From: an uncultured Pseudomonadota bacterium
GTDB lineage: Bacteria > Pseudomonadota > Alphaproteobacteria > RF32 > CAG-239
Length of the DNA: 64,000 nucleotides
Reading direction: 5' to 3'
NCBI GenBank assembly: GCA_949298065.1
Contig: CASFUZ010000014.1
Span: 5,395 to 69,394, forward strand
The translations under genes were made by a program, and so were the position numbers. The notes under the pieces are model-generated. The model did no database searches and was not told where the DNA came from. It worked only from the letters and a program-made list of their open reading frames with translations. Below, in pieces: positions 18,017 through 28,462 of this stretch. Every line of letters starts with the position of its first letter. The first letter of the stretch is position 1.

Positions 18017-19022
18017 GCTTTTTCAGGTACCAGTCTACAGTCTTAACAATACCCGTATCAAAGTTTTCATCAGCTTTCCAACCAAGTTGTGTTGTGAGCT
18101 TGGTTGCATCAATAGCATAACGACGGTCATGTCCCGGACGATCTGAAACAAAGACGATTAAGTCTTTATAAGAACCACCATCCTTCTTCGGGCACTTGCT
18201 ATCCAAAATAGAACAAATAGCATCAACAATCTGCAGATTGTTGCGCTCATTATGCCCACCGATATTATAAGTCTCACCGGACTTACCATTATGGAAAATC
18301 AAGTCAATAGCTTTGCAGTGATCCAAAACATAGAGCCAATCGCGAACATTTTTACCATCGCCGTAAATCGGAATATTTTTGCCGCTTAGAGCATTGGAAA
18401 TAATTTTGGGAATAAGCTTTTCGGGGTGCTGTTTCGGACCATAGTTGTTAGAACAGTTAGAAACCGTAACATTCATACCATAAGTGCGATGATATGCGCG
18501 CACCAACATATCCGAACTAGCCTTGGAAGCAGAATATGGAGAGCTCGGATCATAAGGTGTTGTTTCCTTAAAGAAACCTGTTTCTCCCAATGCGCCATAC
18601 ACCTCATCTGTAGAGATATGGTGGAAGCGGCAATCTTCATAACCGGCTTTAACCTTATGAGGAGCTTCCATCCAAGCATTACGAGCAACATCAAGCAACG
18701 TAAAGGTACCGACAATATTTGTTTCAATAAACGCCTTCGGACCGGTAATAGAATTATCCACATGGCTTTCTGCCGCAAAGTGAATAACACCTCTGATATC
18801 ATTTTCGGCAAAGAGTTTTTCAATCAAAGCTCTGTCACAAATATCACCCTGCACAAACTGATAATTTGCACAGTCTGCACAATCGGAAAGATTATCCAAA
18901 TTTCCGGCATAGGTTAACTTATCCAAATTGATGACCTTATATTCCGGATATTTCTTGGCAAAATAAGGTACGAAATTCGCACCGATAAAGCCGGCACCGC
19001 CGGTAACTAGAATAGACTTCAT
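18006..19022 (-). CDS. rfbB: dTDP-glucose 4,6-dehydratase
   Basis: VTGGAGFIG, DKLTYAGN, FAAESHVDNSI, STDEVYG, YSASKA, DRPGHDRRYA. Confidence 0.97.
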   Translation of the reverse strand: MKSILVTGGAGFIGANFVPYFAKKYPEYKVINLDKLTYAGNLDNLSDCADCANYQFVQGDICDRALIEKLFAENDIRGVIHFAAESHVDNSITGPKAFIETNIVGTFTLLDVARNAWMEAPHKVKAGYEDCRFHHISTDEVYGALGETGFFKETTPYDPSSPYSASKASSDMLVRAYHRTYGMNVTVSNCSNNYGPKQHPEKLIPKIISNALSGKNIPIYGDGKNVRDWLYVLDHCKAIDLIFHNGKSGETYNIGGHNERNNLQIVDAICSILDSKCPKKDGGSYKDLIVFVSDRPGHDRRYAIDATKLTTQLGWKADENFDTGIVKTVDWYLKKLKL

Positions 19023-19057
19023 ATTATTCTCCATAAAGTTTAATATTAAAATTTTTA

Positions 19058-20182
19058 CTAATCATATTCTCCCCCGAAAATCCGCGGATAATTGGCAAAA
19101 CGCTGAAAATATCTTTCCACCAACTCATCTACAACAATATCAGGCTTAGTTTCATCCACAACAGCCTCAATTTCAGAAAGTTTCTTTAACCCTGCCGCCG
19201 CATAAAAAGAATACGCAAAGGTCTTGTTAACATAAGGCATCAACGCCTCTGCAAAAGAATCACTCCACATCAAAATCCTTTGCGGATATTTCTTATTGCT
19301 GGCCACACATTCCTTAACAGATTCTATTTTAGAATTAGCTTGACAGTTTACGGAAATATCCGGCAAATAATCAACCTGATAGGCAAACTCCCGAGCCCCT
19401 ACCTCCATATCCATATCTCGCAATTTTCCTTTAGCTATATTCATATCTCGCAAATCAGGAACGGATACTTTTACACCTAAACCAACCAAACCAGAAGCTA
19501 AAGCATCAAACCCGACATAAGCACCAATATTATTCCAGTGCGTATCTTTTTTGAAATACAGATTTTGCTCAACTTTTTCTTTGGCAGCCAATATCACAGG
19601 CTTCGCATTAACAATTTCAGCTTTAACATGCTTTTTCAAATATTCAACAGCCTTATCCATCCGCGAAATATCTGATTTTCTGATTCTCTGCATTCTTTCC
19701 GGCATAAATTCGGAATAAATATTTTCCTTATTCGGAGCCACAAAAATAACATATTTTATACCGCGTTTAGCATAGAAATCATATGCCATATTGATACCTT
19801 CAACCATTTTGGCCAAATCATCATCATCAAAATAAACTTCGGCATAATAGTCAACCAACGTATTTCCGTTGTTAGCCTTAATAGAATCATAAAAAATCCA
19901 ACCATCTTGACCATAAAAATACTGCCCCGTATCAATATTCAAACTACGCTGTAACTTAACATATTTTGAAATAATTTTTTTGCGTCCGGCAAAAGTATCA
20001 TTATAATAAGCTTCAAATTCTTTTGCAAAATTTCTGGTAAACTCCGTAGGCTTTTCATTAAGCGGACGATTATCCATAATTGCCGTATTTGTATAAAACA
20101 AATTAGCCGCAAACGGATAAAAAACCATCACTAACATCAAAACTGCCGGAAGCAACATATATAAGCGAACAAATCTTAACAT
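19058..20182 (-). CDS. AlgJ/AlgX-type (SGNH-like) periplasmic O-acyltransferase
   Basis: N-terminal TM, GQDGWIF, APNKENIY, KDTHWNNIGAY, SDSF, VERY. Confidence 0.85.
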   Translation of the reverse strand: MLRFVRLYMLLPAVLMLVMVFYPFAANLFYTNTAIMDNRPLNEKPTEFTRNFAKEFEAYYNDTFAGRKKIISKYVKLQRSLNIDTGQYFYGQDGWIFYDSIKANNGNTLVDYYAEVYFDDDDLAKMVEGINMAYDFYAKRGIKYVIFVAPNKENIYSEFMPERMQRIRKSDISRMDKAVEYLKKHVKAEIVNAKPVILAAKEKVEQNLYFKKDTHWNNIGAYVGFDALASGLVGLGVKVSVPDLRDMNIAKGKLRDMDMEVGAREFAYQVDYLPDISVNCQANSKIESVKECVASNKKYPQRILMWSDSFAEALMPYVNKTFAYSFYAAAGLKKLSEIEAVVDETKPDIVVDELVERYFQRFANYPRIFGGEYD

Positions 20183-20184
20183 AA

Positions 20185-21588
20185 TCAGAACCTGAAATAA
20201 ATAAACGGATTATATGTATTGCTGGCCAATAACAAGATGCTGAAATATGCAATCACAGCACAAAATGCCGGATTAACAGCCTTGAGCAACACATTTCCCC
20301 AATTCTCATGTTTCAAAACAGCAAAAACTTTCTGGTAAAGCATTACACCAAAGCCACAAGAAACAAAAGCCAACACCGCAACATAAACAAACTCGTTAGA
20401 TAAATATTTGCTGTAAGATTCCATATCAAAAGGCACAAACATTCTGTTCAAATACCCCCATGCAGCACCCAAAGTTTCTGCACGGAAGAAGACCCAAGCC
20501 ACAATAACAATCAGCAACGTATAAATACTCTGCAGCAAGCGAAACCTCAAAAATTTTTCAATCGGAAAAATTCGCTCCAAGACCAAGAAACAGCCATGAA
20601 ACAACCCCCAAATCACAAAGTTCCAACTCGCGCCATGCCACAAACCTGTCAGGAAAAACACAATCATCAAATTCCGATAAGTTTTTAGCGTCCCTTCTCT
20701 GTTTCCGCCCAACGGAATATACAAATACTCCTTAAACCAAGTGGAAAGAGAAATATGCCACCGCCGCCAAAAATCTTTAATAGAAGTTGCGGTATAAGGA
20801 TAATTAAAGTTCTCATGAATCTGGAAGCCAAACATCTTCCCTAAACCGATTGCCATATCCGAATATCCTGAAAAATCAAAATAGATTTGGAACGTATAGG
20901 CAATAATGCCAATCCATGCGGCAGGTGTGCTCAAATCATTAAGCCCCAAAGCAAAAATCTCATCGGCAGTTTTGGCCATAATATTAGCGATAATAACCTT
21001 TTTAGCCAAGCCTTGTAAAAAACGAACAGCCCCCTCATTAAACAAAGGCAAAGTAACCTGTCGTTTATCAATCTGACTGGCTATATCATAATATTTCAAA
21101 ATCGGACCGGCAATCAACTGCGGGAAGAAAGAGATAAACAAGCCCATTTTGATAATATTTCTCTGCGGCTCGCAAACTTTGCGATAAATATCCACCAAAT
21201 AAGAAATAGATTGGAAAGTGTAAAAAGAAATACCAATCGGCAAAGGCAAATGCTTAACCTCGACCTGCAGACCAAAGATTGCATTCACATTTTCCGTAAA
21301 GAAACCGGTATATTTGAAAACACCCAATAAGGCTAAGTTTACAAACACAGCCCAAAACAATGCTCTTTTGCGTTTATGTTCTTCTGCCGCACCGATTTTC
21401 AAACCACAAAAATAGTTTATGATAATAGATAAAATCATCACAAAAACATAAACCGGCTCGCCCCAAGCATAAAAGAACAAACTCGCAACCAACAAAATCA
21501 CATTGCGATATTGCTCTTTAGCAAGAAAATATAACGTAAAAACAACAGGCAAAAACAGCCATAAAAATATTAAGGAACTAAAGACCAC
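20185..21588 (-). CDS. MBOAT family O-acyltransferase (AlgI/PatA-like)
   Basis: LPIGISFYTFQ, FPQLIAGPI, FDFSGYSDMAIG, FWRRWHISLSTW, GLWHGASW. Confidence 0.95.
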   Translation of the reverse strand: MVFSSLIFLWLFLPVVFTLYFLAKEQYRNVILLVASLFFYAWGEPVYVFVMILSIIINYFCGLKIGAAEEHKRKRALFWAVFVNLALLGVFKYTGFFTENVNAIFGLQVEVKHLPLPIGISFYTFQSISYLVDIYRKVCEPQRNIIKMGLFISFFPQLIAGPILKYYDIASQIDKRQVTLPLFNEGAVRFLQGLAKKVIIANIMAKTADEIFALGLNDLSTPAAWIGIIAYTFQIYFDFSGYSDMAIGLGKMFGFQIHENFNYPYTATSIKDFWRRWHISLSTWFKEYLYIPLGGNREGTLKTYRNLMIVFFLTGLWHGASWNFVIWGLFHGCFLVLERIFPIEKFLRFRLLQSIYTLLIVIVAWVFFRAETLGAAWGYLNRMFVPFDMESYSKYLSNEFVYVAVLAFVSCGFGVMLYQKVFAVLKHENWGNVLLKAVNPAFCAVIAYFSILLLASNTYNPFIYFRF

Positions 21589-22414
21589 TGTTCAACTTCT
21601 CCACGCAATCTTTCAAACTTTCCGACCAATGCTTAATTTCTAAACCCAAATCCTCTTTGACTTTTCCTTTGTTTAAAACCGAATAGAAAGGACGTTTTGC
21701 CGGGGTTGGATAATCCTTGCTCTCAATAGGTTTAACTTTGCACTTCAAGCCAGACAATTTCATAATCTCAATGGCAAAGTCATACCACGAACAAACACCC
21801 TCGTTTGAAAAATGATACACTTCTTTCACGCCGACTTTGAGCTTAGGCAACATTGCCACAATGGCCTCTGCCAAATCTCGTGCATAAGTCGGCGTTCCGA
21901 CCTGGTCAAAGACCACGGTCAGATTTTCTCGCTCAGCTCCCAAACGGCGCATTGTTTTCACAAAATTATTGCCGAATGTAGAATAAAGCCATGCCGTACG
22001 TACCACAAAACAGCCGCTGGCTTTTTCCAAAACAGCTTTTTCTCCCGCCAATTTTGTAGCTCCATACACAGATTGCGGATGAGTTTCATCATCTTCTTTA
22101 TATGGTCTGTGTCCCAAACCATCAAAGACATAATCCGTTGAAACTTGTACCAAAGGCACACCTGTCTCCGCCAAATTCTTCGGCCCGTCCACATTAATTT
22201 TTTCAGCCAGCTGAGCATCACTTTCCGCTTTGTCAACAGCAGTATAAGCTGCACAATTAATAACCGCGCTGTATTTCTCCGGCTTAACAAAATTCTTCAC
22301 CGCACCGGCATCCGTAATATCCAACAACTCTCTATCTACATACTCAGCCGCATCACCCAAAATCAGGCGCAACTCATTTCCGAGTTGTCCGTTTGCTCCA
22401 ACAACTAAAAACAT
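21578..22414 (-). CDS. rfbD: dTDP-4-dehydrorhamnose reductase
   Basis: GANGQLG, AAYTAVDKAE, STDYVFDG, YGATKLAGE, DQVGTPT. Confidence 0.96.
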   Translation of the reverse strand: MFLVVGANGQLGNELRLILGDAAEYVDRELLDITDAGAVKNFVKPEKYSAVINCAAYTAVDKAESDAQLAEKINVDGPKNLAETGVPLVQVSTDYVFDGLGHRPYKEDDETHPQSVYGATKLAGEKAVLEKASGCFVVRTAWLYSTFGNNFVKTMRRLGAERENLTVVFDQVGTPTYARDLAEAIVAMLPKLKVGVKEVYHFSNEGVCSWYDFAIEIMKLSGLKCKVKPIESKDYPTPAKRPFYSVLNKGKVKEDLGLEIKHWSESLKDCVEKLNSGL

Positions 22415-22950
22415 GTAACATCCTTCAAAAACGGTGCATTTTTATCTTTTTCTGACAAAATAGCCTCTTCCGGCTTAATCTTCCAATCCACATGGATATC
22501 TGGGTCATCAAAGCGAATACCGCCCTCAGATTCTTTGTTATAGACATTATCACATTTATAAGTAAACACAGCTGTTTCAGATAATACGGAGAATCCATGC
22601 CCGAAACCACGCGGAATCATCAACTGACGTTTATTTTCTGCAGATAGCTCAACAGCCACATATTTTCCGAAAGTCTTAGAACCTTTACGCAAATCAACAG
22701 CCACATCCCAAACTGTTCCTTCCAATACGCGAACCAACTTTGCTTGCGCAAACTCGCCTTTCTGAAAATGAATACCACGGATTGTGCCATATTTGGACAT
22801 AGACTGGTTATCCTGAACAAAATTGTACTTCAATCCAGCCTCATCCATTTTTTGCTTATTATAGCTTTCAAAAAAATAACCGCGGTTATCCTCAAAAACC
22901 TGAGGTTCAATAACATAAACCCCTTCTATCGCCGTGTTAATAATCTTCAT
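22405..22950 (-). CDS. rfbC: dTDP-4-dehydrorhamnose 3,5-epimerase
   Basis: DNRGYFFE, FVQDN, RGIHFQ, QAKLVRV, DVAVDLR, GFGHGF. Confidence 0.96.
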   Translation of the reverse strand: MKIINTAIEGVYVIEPQVFEDNRGYFFESYNKQKMDEAGLKYNFVQDNQSMSKYGTIRGIHFQKGEFAQAKLVRVLEGTVWDVAVDLRKGSKTFGKYVAVELSAENKRQLMIPRGFGHGFSVLSETAVFTYKCDNVYNKESEGGIRFDDPDIHVDWKIKPEEAILSEKDKNAPFLKDVTCF

Positions 22951-23821
22951 GACTATCCTCATATACGCGTTTTAAATAACTCTTATAATCAACACCGTCT
23001 TTTAGTGCGTCAATAAGCTTAAGCATTTGGGCATCATCAATAAAACCGCGCTTATAGGCAATTTCTTCAACACAAGCAATTTTGAGATCCTGACGTTTTT
23101 CAATAATGCCGATAAAATTAGAGGCATCTAACAAAGATTGCGGCGTACCGGCATCAAGCCAAGCATTACCGCGTTTCATTGTAACCACATTTAAGCGACC
23201 CTCTTCCAAATACTCTTTGTTCAAATCCGTAATTTCCAATTCACCTCTGGCAGAAGGCTTCAATTTGCGAGCCTTTTCAACCACATCGGATTTATAAAAA
23301 TACAAACCGACCACAGCATAATTAGACTTAGGCTGCTTGGGTTTTTCTTCAATGGAAATAGCTTTGTGATTTTTATCAAATTCAACCACACCGAAACGTT
23401 CCGGATCCGAGACATGGTACCCAAAGACCGTACCGCCGACATTTTTAGAAACCTCTTCGCGGAAGAGCTTTAGCTGTTCACCCATATAGAAGATATTATC
23501 TCCCAAAATCAAGCAAACATCATCATTACCGATAAAATCAGCACCGATGGTAAAAGCTTGCGCAATACCTTTCGGTTCATCCTGAACCTTATAGCAAATA
23601 TCCAAGCCAAGTTGTTTTCCGTCACCAAATAATTTTTCAATATTCGGCGTATCTTGCGGTGTGGAAATAATCAAAATCTCTCTGATACCAAACAACATCA
23701 ACGTTGACAAAGGATAATAAATCATCGGTTTATCATAAACCGGCAAAAGTTGTTTACTGGTTGTTTTGGTCAGCGGATAAAGTCTGGAACCGCTTCCTCC
23801 AGCTAAAATGATACCTTTCAT
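22937..23821 (-). CDS. rfbA: glucose-1-phosphate thymidylyltransferase
   Basis: MKGIILAGGSGSRLYP, SKQLLPVYDKPMIYYP, LGDNIFY, RGELEIT, WLDAGT. Confidence 0.96.
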   Translation of the reverse strand: MKGIILAGGSGSRLYPLTKTTSKQLLPVYDKPMIYYPLSTLMLFGIREILIISTPQDTPNIEKLFGDGKQLGLDICYKVQDEPKGIAQAFTIGADFIGNDDVCLILGDNIFYMGEQLKLFREEVSKNVGGTVFGYHVSDPERFGVVEFDKNHKAISIEEKPKQPKSNYAVVGLYFYKSDVVEKARKLKPSARGELEITDLNKEYLEEGRLNVVTMKRGNAWLDAGTPQSLLDASNFIGIIEKRQDLKIACVEEIAYKRGFIDDAQMLKLIDALKDGVDYKSYLKRVYEDSHEDY

Positions 23822-23909
23822 AACAAAAACCTCTCTTGTTACACAAACAGAATGGACGTATTTTATACCAGCTTTTCGGCAAAGCAATCTTTTTCCCTAT
23901 CATATTCAC

Positions 23910-23937
23910 AAAAAACCCCGCCATTCAGCGGGGTTTT
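23910..23937. terminator. intrinsic terminator
   Basis: AAAACCCCGC-CATTCA-GCGGGGTTTT. Confidence 0.8.
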
Positions 23938-23951
23938 AGTTGTTTTTTAGG

Positions 23952-25289
23952 CTAATTATATTCTAAAAACAAGAAGATATTTGCAATCGCTACACTTAAA
24001 AGCATAACGGGGATTGACCAAATCAAAAATCCCAAAAACTTAATCGGATGCCCTTCTCGCATAGCCATCCCGGCAACAACCACATTGGCTGAAGCGCCGA
24101 TAAGTGTTCCGTTTCCGCCAAAGCATGCACCCAAAGACAACGCCCACCAGACAGGCATCATCACCTCTCTGCCGCCGACAGATTCCTCCATAGATTTAAT
24201 CATCGGAATCATTGTCGCCACAAAGGGAATATTATCAATTACGCTGGAAAGAATTGCCGAGCTCCACAAAACCAAATAAGTCATAGCCGTCAAGCTTCCA
24301 CCGGTCAATTCCAAGAACCAATGTCCAAGGGCTTCCAAAACACCAGTTTCTTCCAAACCATAAACAATCACAAACAAACCGGTAAAGAAGAAAATCGTTG
24401 TCCAGTCAACCAAACCAAAGACTTCTTGCACTTTCGCATCTCTATCTTCGCCCTTAAACTTCCAGCTATAAAGCAACAATAAAACAGCCGCCCCGACCAG
24501 AGCAATTGTGCCGTTATCCAGGTTTAACTGTTTTGCCGAGACAAAGGCCGCAATCACGCAAGCCAAAACGAATAAAGAGTTATAAAGCAATCCTTTATCA
24601 ACAATACAGTCAACTTCATTCATAGACATCACAGCCGCTTTGCAGTCATCACTTGTGGTCATGCGTCTTCCCCAAATAAGGTCAAACATAATGAGCAAAA
24701 CAACCATTGTAGCCACAACAACCGGCGTCAAATGATAAACAAAATCCATAAAAGATAAACCGACGGACGAGCCGATAAGAATATTCGGCGGATCACCGAT
24801 AAGCGTTGCCGTACCGCCGATGTTTGAAGCAAAAATCTCCAAAATCAGATACGGATACGGATTTATTTTCAGCGTCCGGGTAATCTGAAACGTCACGGGA
24901 GCAATCAGTAATACCGTTGTAACATTATCCAAAAATGCCGAGAACACAGCCGTAACCACCGGCAGCACAATCAACAATCCGCGCGGCGATGCTTTAACTC
25001 TTTTTGCGCCCCAAACCGCCACGAACTGAAAAATACCCGATTTTTCAGAAATACCAACAATAATCATCATACCGGTCAATAAGGCCAAAGTGTTAAAATC
25101 AACACCTTTTAAAGCTGTTTGTTGTGTCAAAATCCCAGATATAATCATCACTCCGGCACCGAGCAAAGCGATAATGGCACGGTTAATTTTTTCACTGAAA
25201 ATAATCAGATAACAAACAGACATAATCACGATTGCCAACATCTGCGGATGCAATCCCCAAATCAAAGACACATCATTCAAATTATCCAT
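23952..25289 (-). CDS. ArsB/NhaD (SLC13-like) family transporter
   Basis: SAFLDNVTT, SNIGGTATLIGDPPN, SSVIDNIP, GGNGTLIGASAN. Confidence 0.92.
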   Translation of the reverse strand: MDNLNDVSLIWGLHPQMLAIVIMSVCYLIIFSEKINRAIIALLGAGVMIISGILTQQTALKGVDFNTLALLTGMMIIVGISEKSGIFQFVAVWGAKRVKASPRGLLIVLPVVTAVFSAFLDNVTTVLLIAPVTFQITRTLKINPYPYLILEIFASNIGGTATLIGDPPNILIGSSVGLSFMDFVYHLTPVVVATMVVLLIMFDLIWGRRMTTSDDCKAAVMSMNEVDCIVDKGLLYNSLFVLACVIAAFVSAKQLNLDNGTIALVGAAVLLLLYSWKFKGEDRDAKVQEVFGLVDWTTIFFFTGLFVIVYGLEETGVLEALGHWFLELTGGSLTAMTYLVLWSSAILSSVIDNIPFVATMIPMIKSMEESVGGREVMMPVWWALSLGACFGGNGTLIGASANVVVAGMAMREGHPIKFLGFLIWSIPVMLLSVAIANIFLFLEYN

Positions 25290-25382
25290 ACTAATCCTCC
25301 GAACAAAATTCGCTACTTTTGATAAAAGACAGCAAAAATTACGGGATAAAAAGAATTTTTTTCAAGTTATGCGCCGATTTTT

Positions 25383-25901
25383 TTATTTAGTAACTTCCCA
25401 ACTCTTGGAAAATTCCTCATCTTTAAACAAATTAGCCAACCCCGTAATTTGTTTTAAGCGCAACAACTCATCGGCTGACATTCCGATATTTCGGCAAATC
25501 CAAGAATCACTTTTCCCCATTTCCAAAAGCTCAGCCACAATATTACTCATCAAATCCACACTATGGCTGCCGCGTGCACGGTTATGCCTGATGGTTGAAG
25601 CCATTCTCTCCCCCAATTCTTTATCAATAACCACCACCGGCATTTTACCTTTTTCACGATTTCTGATTCTTTCACTGGTAAGCATTGTTGTAAAACGATG
25701 AAACCCATCCACGACAATATATTCGTCATTTGCCTTATCATAATAACAAACAATTGGCTGTGTAAAACCATCCTCCCAAATAGAAATTTCCAAAAGCTTC
25801 ATCTCCGGCGGAGCAACTTTGTTGGGGTTATAATCATTTGCTTTAATCTTTTCCAGAGGGATAGCTCTGACATTATAAACAGGACTGACAAATTCGCTCA
25901 T
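25383..25901 (-). CDS. IbrB/YbdM-like ParB/Srx-fold protein
   Basis: SPVYNV, ANDYNPN, SIWEDGFTQPIV, VVDGFHR, ASTIRHNRARG, C-terminal HTH-like IGMSADELLRLKQ. Confidence 0.9.
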   Translation of the reverse strand: MSEFVSPVYNVRAIPLEKIKANDYNPNKVAPPEMKLLEISIWEDGFTQPIVCYYDKANDEYIVVDGFHRFTTMLTSERIRNREKGKMPVVVIDKELGERMASTIRHNRARGSHSVDLMSNIVAELLEMGKSDSWICRNIGMSADELLRLKQITGLANLFKDEEFSKSWEVTK

Positions 25902-25911
25902 TTACCCTACC

Positions 25912-27213
25912 TCATAAATTTTTATATTTTTCCATCAATGCCTTTTGTCTCAAATTTTGTTTTTGTGTTTGAGCAAAGCCCATATACTTACACAAATGAT
26001 CATTTTTCAATATACAAACAGCCATTCTTTTCCATGAGGGAATATCAATGGTAGATTTAATATCATCAGTATGATCCGGAGTTCCCAAAAACACAATTTT
26101 TTCTTTACTGCTTTTATAATTGCTCTTACCATTATGCCGAATAGGATAATTGCAAGCCTCCAATTCCTTAATAGCAGCATCGTCAACCACACCACCTTTT
26201 TTCCACCAAAACCTAATAGAGGTTTTAAACTTTTCAATATAATTTCGCCTCATTGAATCAGGTAAAGTTGCCAACAAAAACTTCACATAGCTACGCCAAG
26301 TATGCCCCGGCGGCAATTCAATCTTACGAGCACCCAAAGCATGAGAATTTCCATAAATTGCACCGAAATTTGCGCCCTGCACCCGAGACACGATGCGAAC
26401 CCATGTTGAGGGTTCCAAAACCCTATATAGATTAAGACTATCCTTGGCCGTTTCATGATAAGGACTGGCAACCCGCATCTGATGAATAGAAAGCCCTGCT
26501 TTCCAAAACAAATCATAAATCCGATTATAATCATAATCAAACTTACCATTGGCTATCCACACATCCTTTGTTGTCCAATCATACATTGGATAAGCGTTCC
26601 ACCAATTTTCCCCCATTTTCGTTGTCCACTGATTCCCTTTCAGAATAGTTTTACGGTCATTAGCATAAGCCCGATACCGATTAAGGGATTCATCGGCCCG
26701 AATACCGAGCAAACAAATTGTCTTCCCTTTCTTTTGTCTGGAATACCAATCACCAAACTCAGCATACAAATCTTCTTGTACCATTTTATAACGATAAAAA
26801 TCAAAAGGATTATTATCCATATTAATAATGTATGGCATTTTGGGCATAGGCCGCACCCACAAATTTTTCTGATCCGGATCCCAAGTATACCAATACATCT
26901 GATAATTACTAACTGCGCAACGAGACCCCATCGGCAAACAAACCCAATAAGGCTCAATATCGCTCATATTATTTTCAAACATTCTGGTAACAAAATCCGT
27001 TGTTGTCTGATATTGAGCCTCAAAATCCTGATGAAAAACACCAATTTTCTTGGTAATATTATTCCTTCGTTTGTAGCTCAAAACCATATTTAACAACAAA
27101 CCACTATCTTTGCCACCGGAAAAAGAAACATAAATATTATCAAAATTATCAAAAATAAATTTCAATCTTTCCTGCAAAGCCTCATAAACATTTTTTTCCA
27201 AATATTTCTTCAT
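25912..27213 (-). CDS. IbrA/YbdN-like PAPS-reductase family protein with DUF3440
   Basis: PP-loop VSFSGGKDSG, DFEAQY, LGIRADESLNR, YPMYDW..DVW, MRVASPY, RVQGANF, PSWKRMA..LKND; GGAGG RBS before MKKYL. Confidence 0.9.
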   Translation of the reverse strand: MKKYLEKNVYEALQERLKFIFDNFDNIYVSFSGGKDSGLLLNMVLSYKRRNNITKKIGVFHQDFEAQYQTTTDFVTRMFENNMSDIEPYWVCLPMGSRCAVSNYQMYWYTWDPDQKNLWVRPMPKMPYIINMDNNPFDFYRYKMVQEDLYAEFGDWYSRQKKGKTICLLGIRADESLNRYRAYANDRKTILKGNQWTTKMGENWWNAYPMYDWTTKDVWIANGKFDYDYNRIYDLFWKAGLSIHQMRVASPYHETAKDSLNLYRVLEPSTWVRIVSRVQGANFGAIYGNSHALGARKIELPPGHTWRSYVKFLLATLPDSMRRNYIEKFKTSIRFWWKKGGVVDDAAIKELEACNYPIRHNGKSNYKSSKEKIVFLGTPDHTDDIKSTIDIPSWKRMAVCILKNDHLCKYMGFAQTQKQNLRQKALMEKYKNL

Positions 27214-28460
27214 AATGTCAAGGCCTCCTCCTTTGAAATCATACGACAAACATTAGACAAGACATTTCTTTTACGACTCAAATTTTGCCTGATAAGTTTA
27301 TCCAATCCCGTATTAATCCAAAGATTATAAACATTGATACTTTGTCCCGAATAAGACTGATATACATTATGCATACACTGCAACTTGCTTTTATAATCAA
27401 ATGTTTGAGAAAAATAAATAATATTATTGCAATTACACAAATCCAAACCTCTGGAATCCACCCCATAAGTAGAAAACATAATATTTATTCTTTGCCCAAA
27501 AAGCTTAACTGCTTTTTTCTTATTACTACGCCCGGACAAAATAACATACTTCCCTCTTTGGAGTAAACCACTTTCCACAAAAAAACTAATTTCATCAAGA
27601 TATTTAAGATATATAATAACTTTTTCATTACGCTCTAGAATTTCGTTAATTAAGCGAAACAAACCCTCTACCTTATTTTTAGCAAGAGTATAAATATGCT
27701 GAAAACGCTGCACGACCTCCATAAATACCACCTGCTCTTTATCTTGAAGAAAAGCATTTTTCTCTTCCTGATAACTATCCTCTTCTTTTTGTGTTAAATC
27801 AAAAAAAAGATCAATATAATTAAGATTAAAACGGTCTTCCAAATCACACTCAAAAATAAAAGGGCGCATTTGCTCAATCAAAATTTTTTCATTTTCCGGC
27901 TTTGACCATTTCCGAACTGTTCCATCATCATAAGGAGACAGATAAGTATTAAGAAACTGGCTCTCAGACATATTAAGCACAGAAGGATGCATAAACTCAA
28001 TCTGAGAATACAAATCTACCAACCCCTGTGTTAATGGCAAACTACTTAAAATCAGACGATAATCAAACATATTACGCATCAGCAGCAAACGCTTAGTCCG
28101 TCCGGCCTCAGTATTTTTGATTGTAATACTCTCATCTACCACACAAAAAACCCTGTATTTCTCAGCCAAAGAATAAAGCTGCAGATAATGCAAATCAGAA
28201 CAAGAAATATTTTCAATGGAAAAAAAATAAATTTCTTTTTTCAAGTCAATCAAATTTTCATCAATAATATCAGCATACCCCTTCCACGCTAAAAAAGAAG
28301 AAGGAGCAATCCACACCACAACATCTATCTCACCTTGTTTGTCTTTAACTAAATCCAGAGCCGCCTTAATCTTCTTGGAGCCCATCTTCATAAACAAAGC
28401 ACCCGCTTTAAGTCTTGATAATTTGGCGCTGGAAGATTCAAAATTGCAATCTTTATCCAT
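27210..28460 (-). CDS. phage-type SNF2-like helicase-fold protein with degenerate ATPase motifs
   Basis: GALFMKMG, VDESITIKN, RLILS..P, DLYSQIEFM, GLDL..NIIY..FDY; ATGA overlap with the ibrA-like gene. Confidence 0.78.
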   Translation of the reverse strand: MDKDCNFESSSAKLSRLKAGALFMKMGSKKIKAALDLVKDKQGEIDVVVWIAPSSFLAWKGYADIIDENLIDLKKEIYFFSIENISCSDLHYLQLYSLAEKYRVFCVVDESITIKNTEAGRTKRLLLMRNMFDYRLILSSLPLTQGLVDLYSQIEFMHPSVLNMSESQFLNTYLSPYDDGTVRKWSKPENEKILIEQMRPFIFECDLEDRFNLNYIDLFFDLTQKEEDSYQEEKNAFLQDKEQVVFMEVVQRFQHIYTLAKNKVEGLFRLINEILERNEKVIIYLKYLDEISFFVESGLLQRGKYVILSGRSNKKKAVKLFGQRINIMFSTYGVDSRGLDLCNCNNIIYFSQTFDYKSKLQCMHNVYQSYSGQSINVYNLWINTGLDKLIRQNLSRKRNVLSNVCRMISKEEALTL

Positions 28461-28462
28461 CT

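Noticed and set aside
25383..28460. Canonical Dnd/Ssp phosphorothioation or BREX system
   Set aside because: No cysteine desulfurase, DndD/E, SspB/C/E, PglZ or BrxC genes; the proteins match the IbrA/IbrB type instead.
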